DNA of 64,000 nt from Sporopachydermia quercuum (Eukaryota): contig BCGN01000001.1 in NCBI GenBank assembly GCA_001599295.1, positions 1,674,001-1,738,000 of the forward strand. The letters run 5' to 3'. The position numbers were made by a program, and so were the translations under genes. Positions 62,869-64,000 of this stretch are shown in pieces. Position 1 is the first letter of the stretch; the number at the start of each line of letters is the position of its first letter. The notes under the pieces are model-generated. The model was not told the origin of the DNA. It saw only the letters and a program-made list of their open reading frames with translations, and searched no databases.

Positions 62869-64000
62869 TTTGTATAAAAAGTAGTTTGTTATTATTAGTA
62901 GTACAATTTATAAGGGTAACAACAATCAATAAGTTACTACAGTTTGGCTCATTAATTGTTCAGTATTCCTTTCAATCAGTGTTGTTATATCAAACGTGAA
63001 GAAGAAGAAGAAGAAGAACCTCAAGGCGGGAATTGTTTGAAGGTAACAAAAGAAGGAGAAGCCAAAGTCAATTGAATTGGCATTGGGGTATTTGCTGTTT
63101 GCATGTACGTAACCTATTTGAGTTTTCTCAATATGAAACACAACTACAAATGTGAATCTACAGTGATGAATTGGGAAGTTACGTATACAAACACAGTGAG
63201 ATTCACCTAATATGTAAGTGAATGTGAGAAAAAGTACATTNTTGGTGTCATTATGCGTCATTAATACAGGAAGAGTGCATATATGTATGGTGATGGCGAA
63301 GGTGGAAAGGATAAGAATTCAGGGATTATTGAATAAGAAATTATTTGAACCATCATATCAAATTATTTTATTACTTAATTCATATTTCATGAATTATTTT
63401 CCTTTGAAATAGTTTCATTATATCAATACTCAATTGCAACNNNNNGTTGCAATTGTAAGAGATGATCCTAGTTTGATTGTGACTATTGAGTGGATGGTGA
63501 CGTGGTTGAGTTCCTTTTGGTTGGTGAAATAATGGAATGAGAGCTCATGTTCGTGATCATTTTACTGCGCACAGATAACGAGCACTCAAATCAACACTGT
63601 GAAGGGAATAATTGGTATGGGTTGCATTAAAAAAAGAAAACCCCTGTGAATTGCAAAAACGATAACTAGTAAGAATATGAGGATACAGGTTCTGATTGTC
63701 TGAACTTTCAATTTGAGCTGTAGCTATTTCTTTATCAGAATAGAAACGACGAAGGTAAATTATCAATCTTGTGAAAAATACGAATTGACCAAAAACACGA
63801 AAGTGTTCTAGTTGTTCTTTGTTTCATCCTGCAGGGAAAATTGTAACTTTATTACTACATAGTGAAGCTCATATGATACTTATGACAGTTCAGTATTCGG
63901 GCATCTATTTTGTTCTGTCATCACTGTTCTCGAATAGATAAAGAAATGTGGTTATCAAGATCTCACTCGACGTTTTGAACAATGTTTTACAATTTATATT

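Noticed and set aside
63431..63455. Perfect 10-bp inverted repeat CAATTGCAAC-nnnnn-GTTGCAATTG
   Set aside because: Centred on an N run, so it could be an assembly artefact or an unresolved micro-inversion; not interpretable without reads.
1..64000. Transposons, LTRs, CRISPR arrays, rRNA/tRNA genes, horizontally acquired genes
   Set aside because: None recognised by eye; all identifiable genes are ordinary yeast housekeeping families. Small ncRNAs could have been missed without a covariance search.

Overview
AT-rich, gene-dense window from a budding yeast (Saccharomycotina-like) genome; CTG falls at positions that are Leu or hydrophobic in homologues, so the standard code probably applies. 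About 23 protein-coding genes can be supported: a partial low-complexity ORF, PCK1, ALY2-like arrestin, a candidate COX14-like micro-ORF, EXO70, TRL1, ESF1, a p24/ERP cargo receptor, APE4, a YHR112C-like PLP trans-sulfuration enzyme, TFC6, UBA4, ESC2, BIG1, PDE2, a Net1/Tof2-like protein, RAD28, a GIP1-like PP1 regulator, an SSU1/MAE1-family transporter, GCD2, RTS1, SYM1 and PIL1. I reconstructed 17 short spliceosomal introns (58-146 nt) by hand in 12 genes; the ORF track splits or truncates these genes. The most notable observations are: (i) a Net1/Tof2-type Cdc14-binding protein with an internal Zn(II)2Cys6 cluster; (ii) a GIP1-like sporulation gene whose PP1-docking C-terminus depends on a weak-signal 58-nt intron; (iii) two gene blocks whose neighbourhoods match S. 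cerevisiae, one in exact orientation; (iv) a 14-bp motif repeated three times upstream of PCK1. No tRNA, rRNA, transposon or CRISPR feature could be supported. Gene names rest on recognised motifs and recall, not on database searches.
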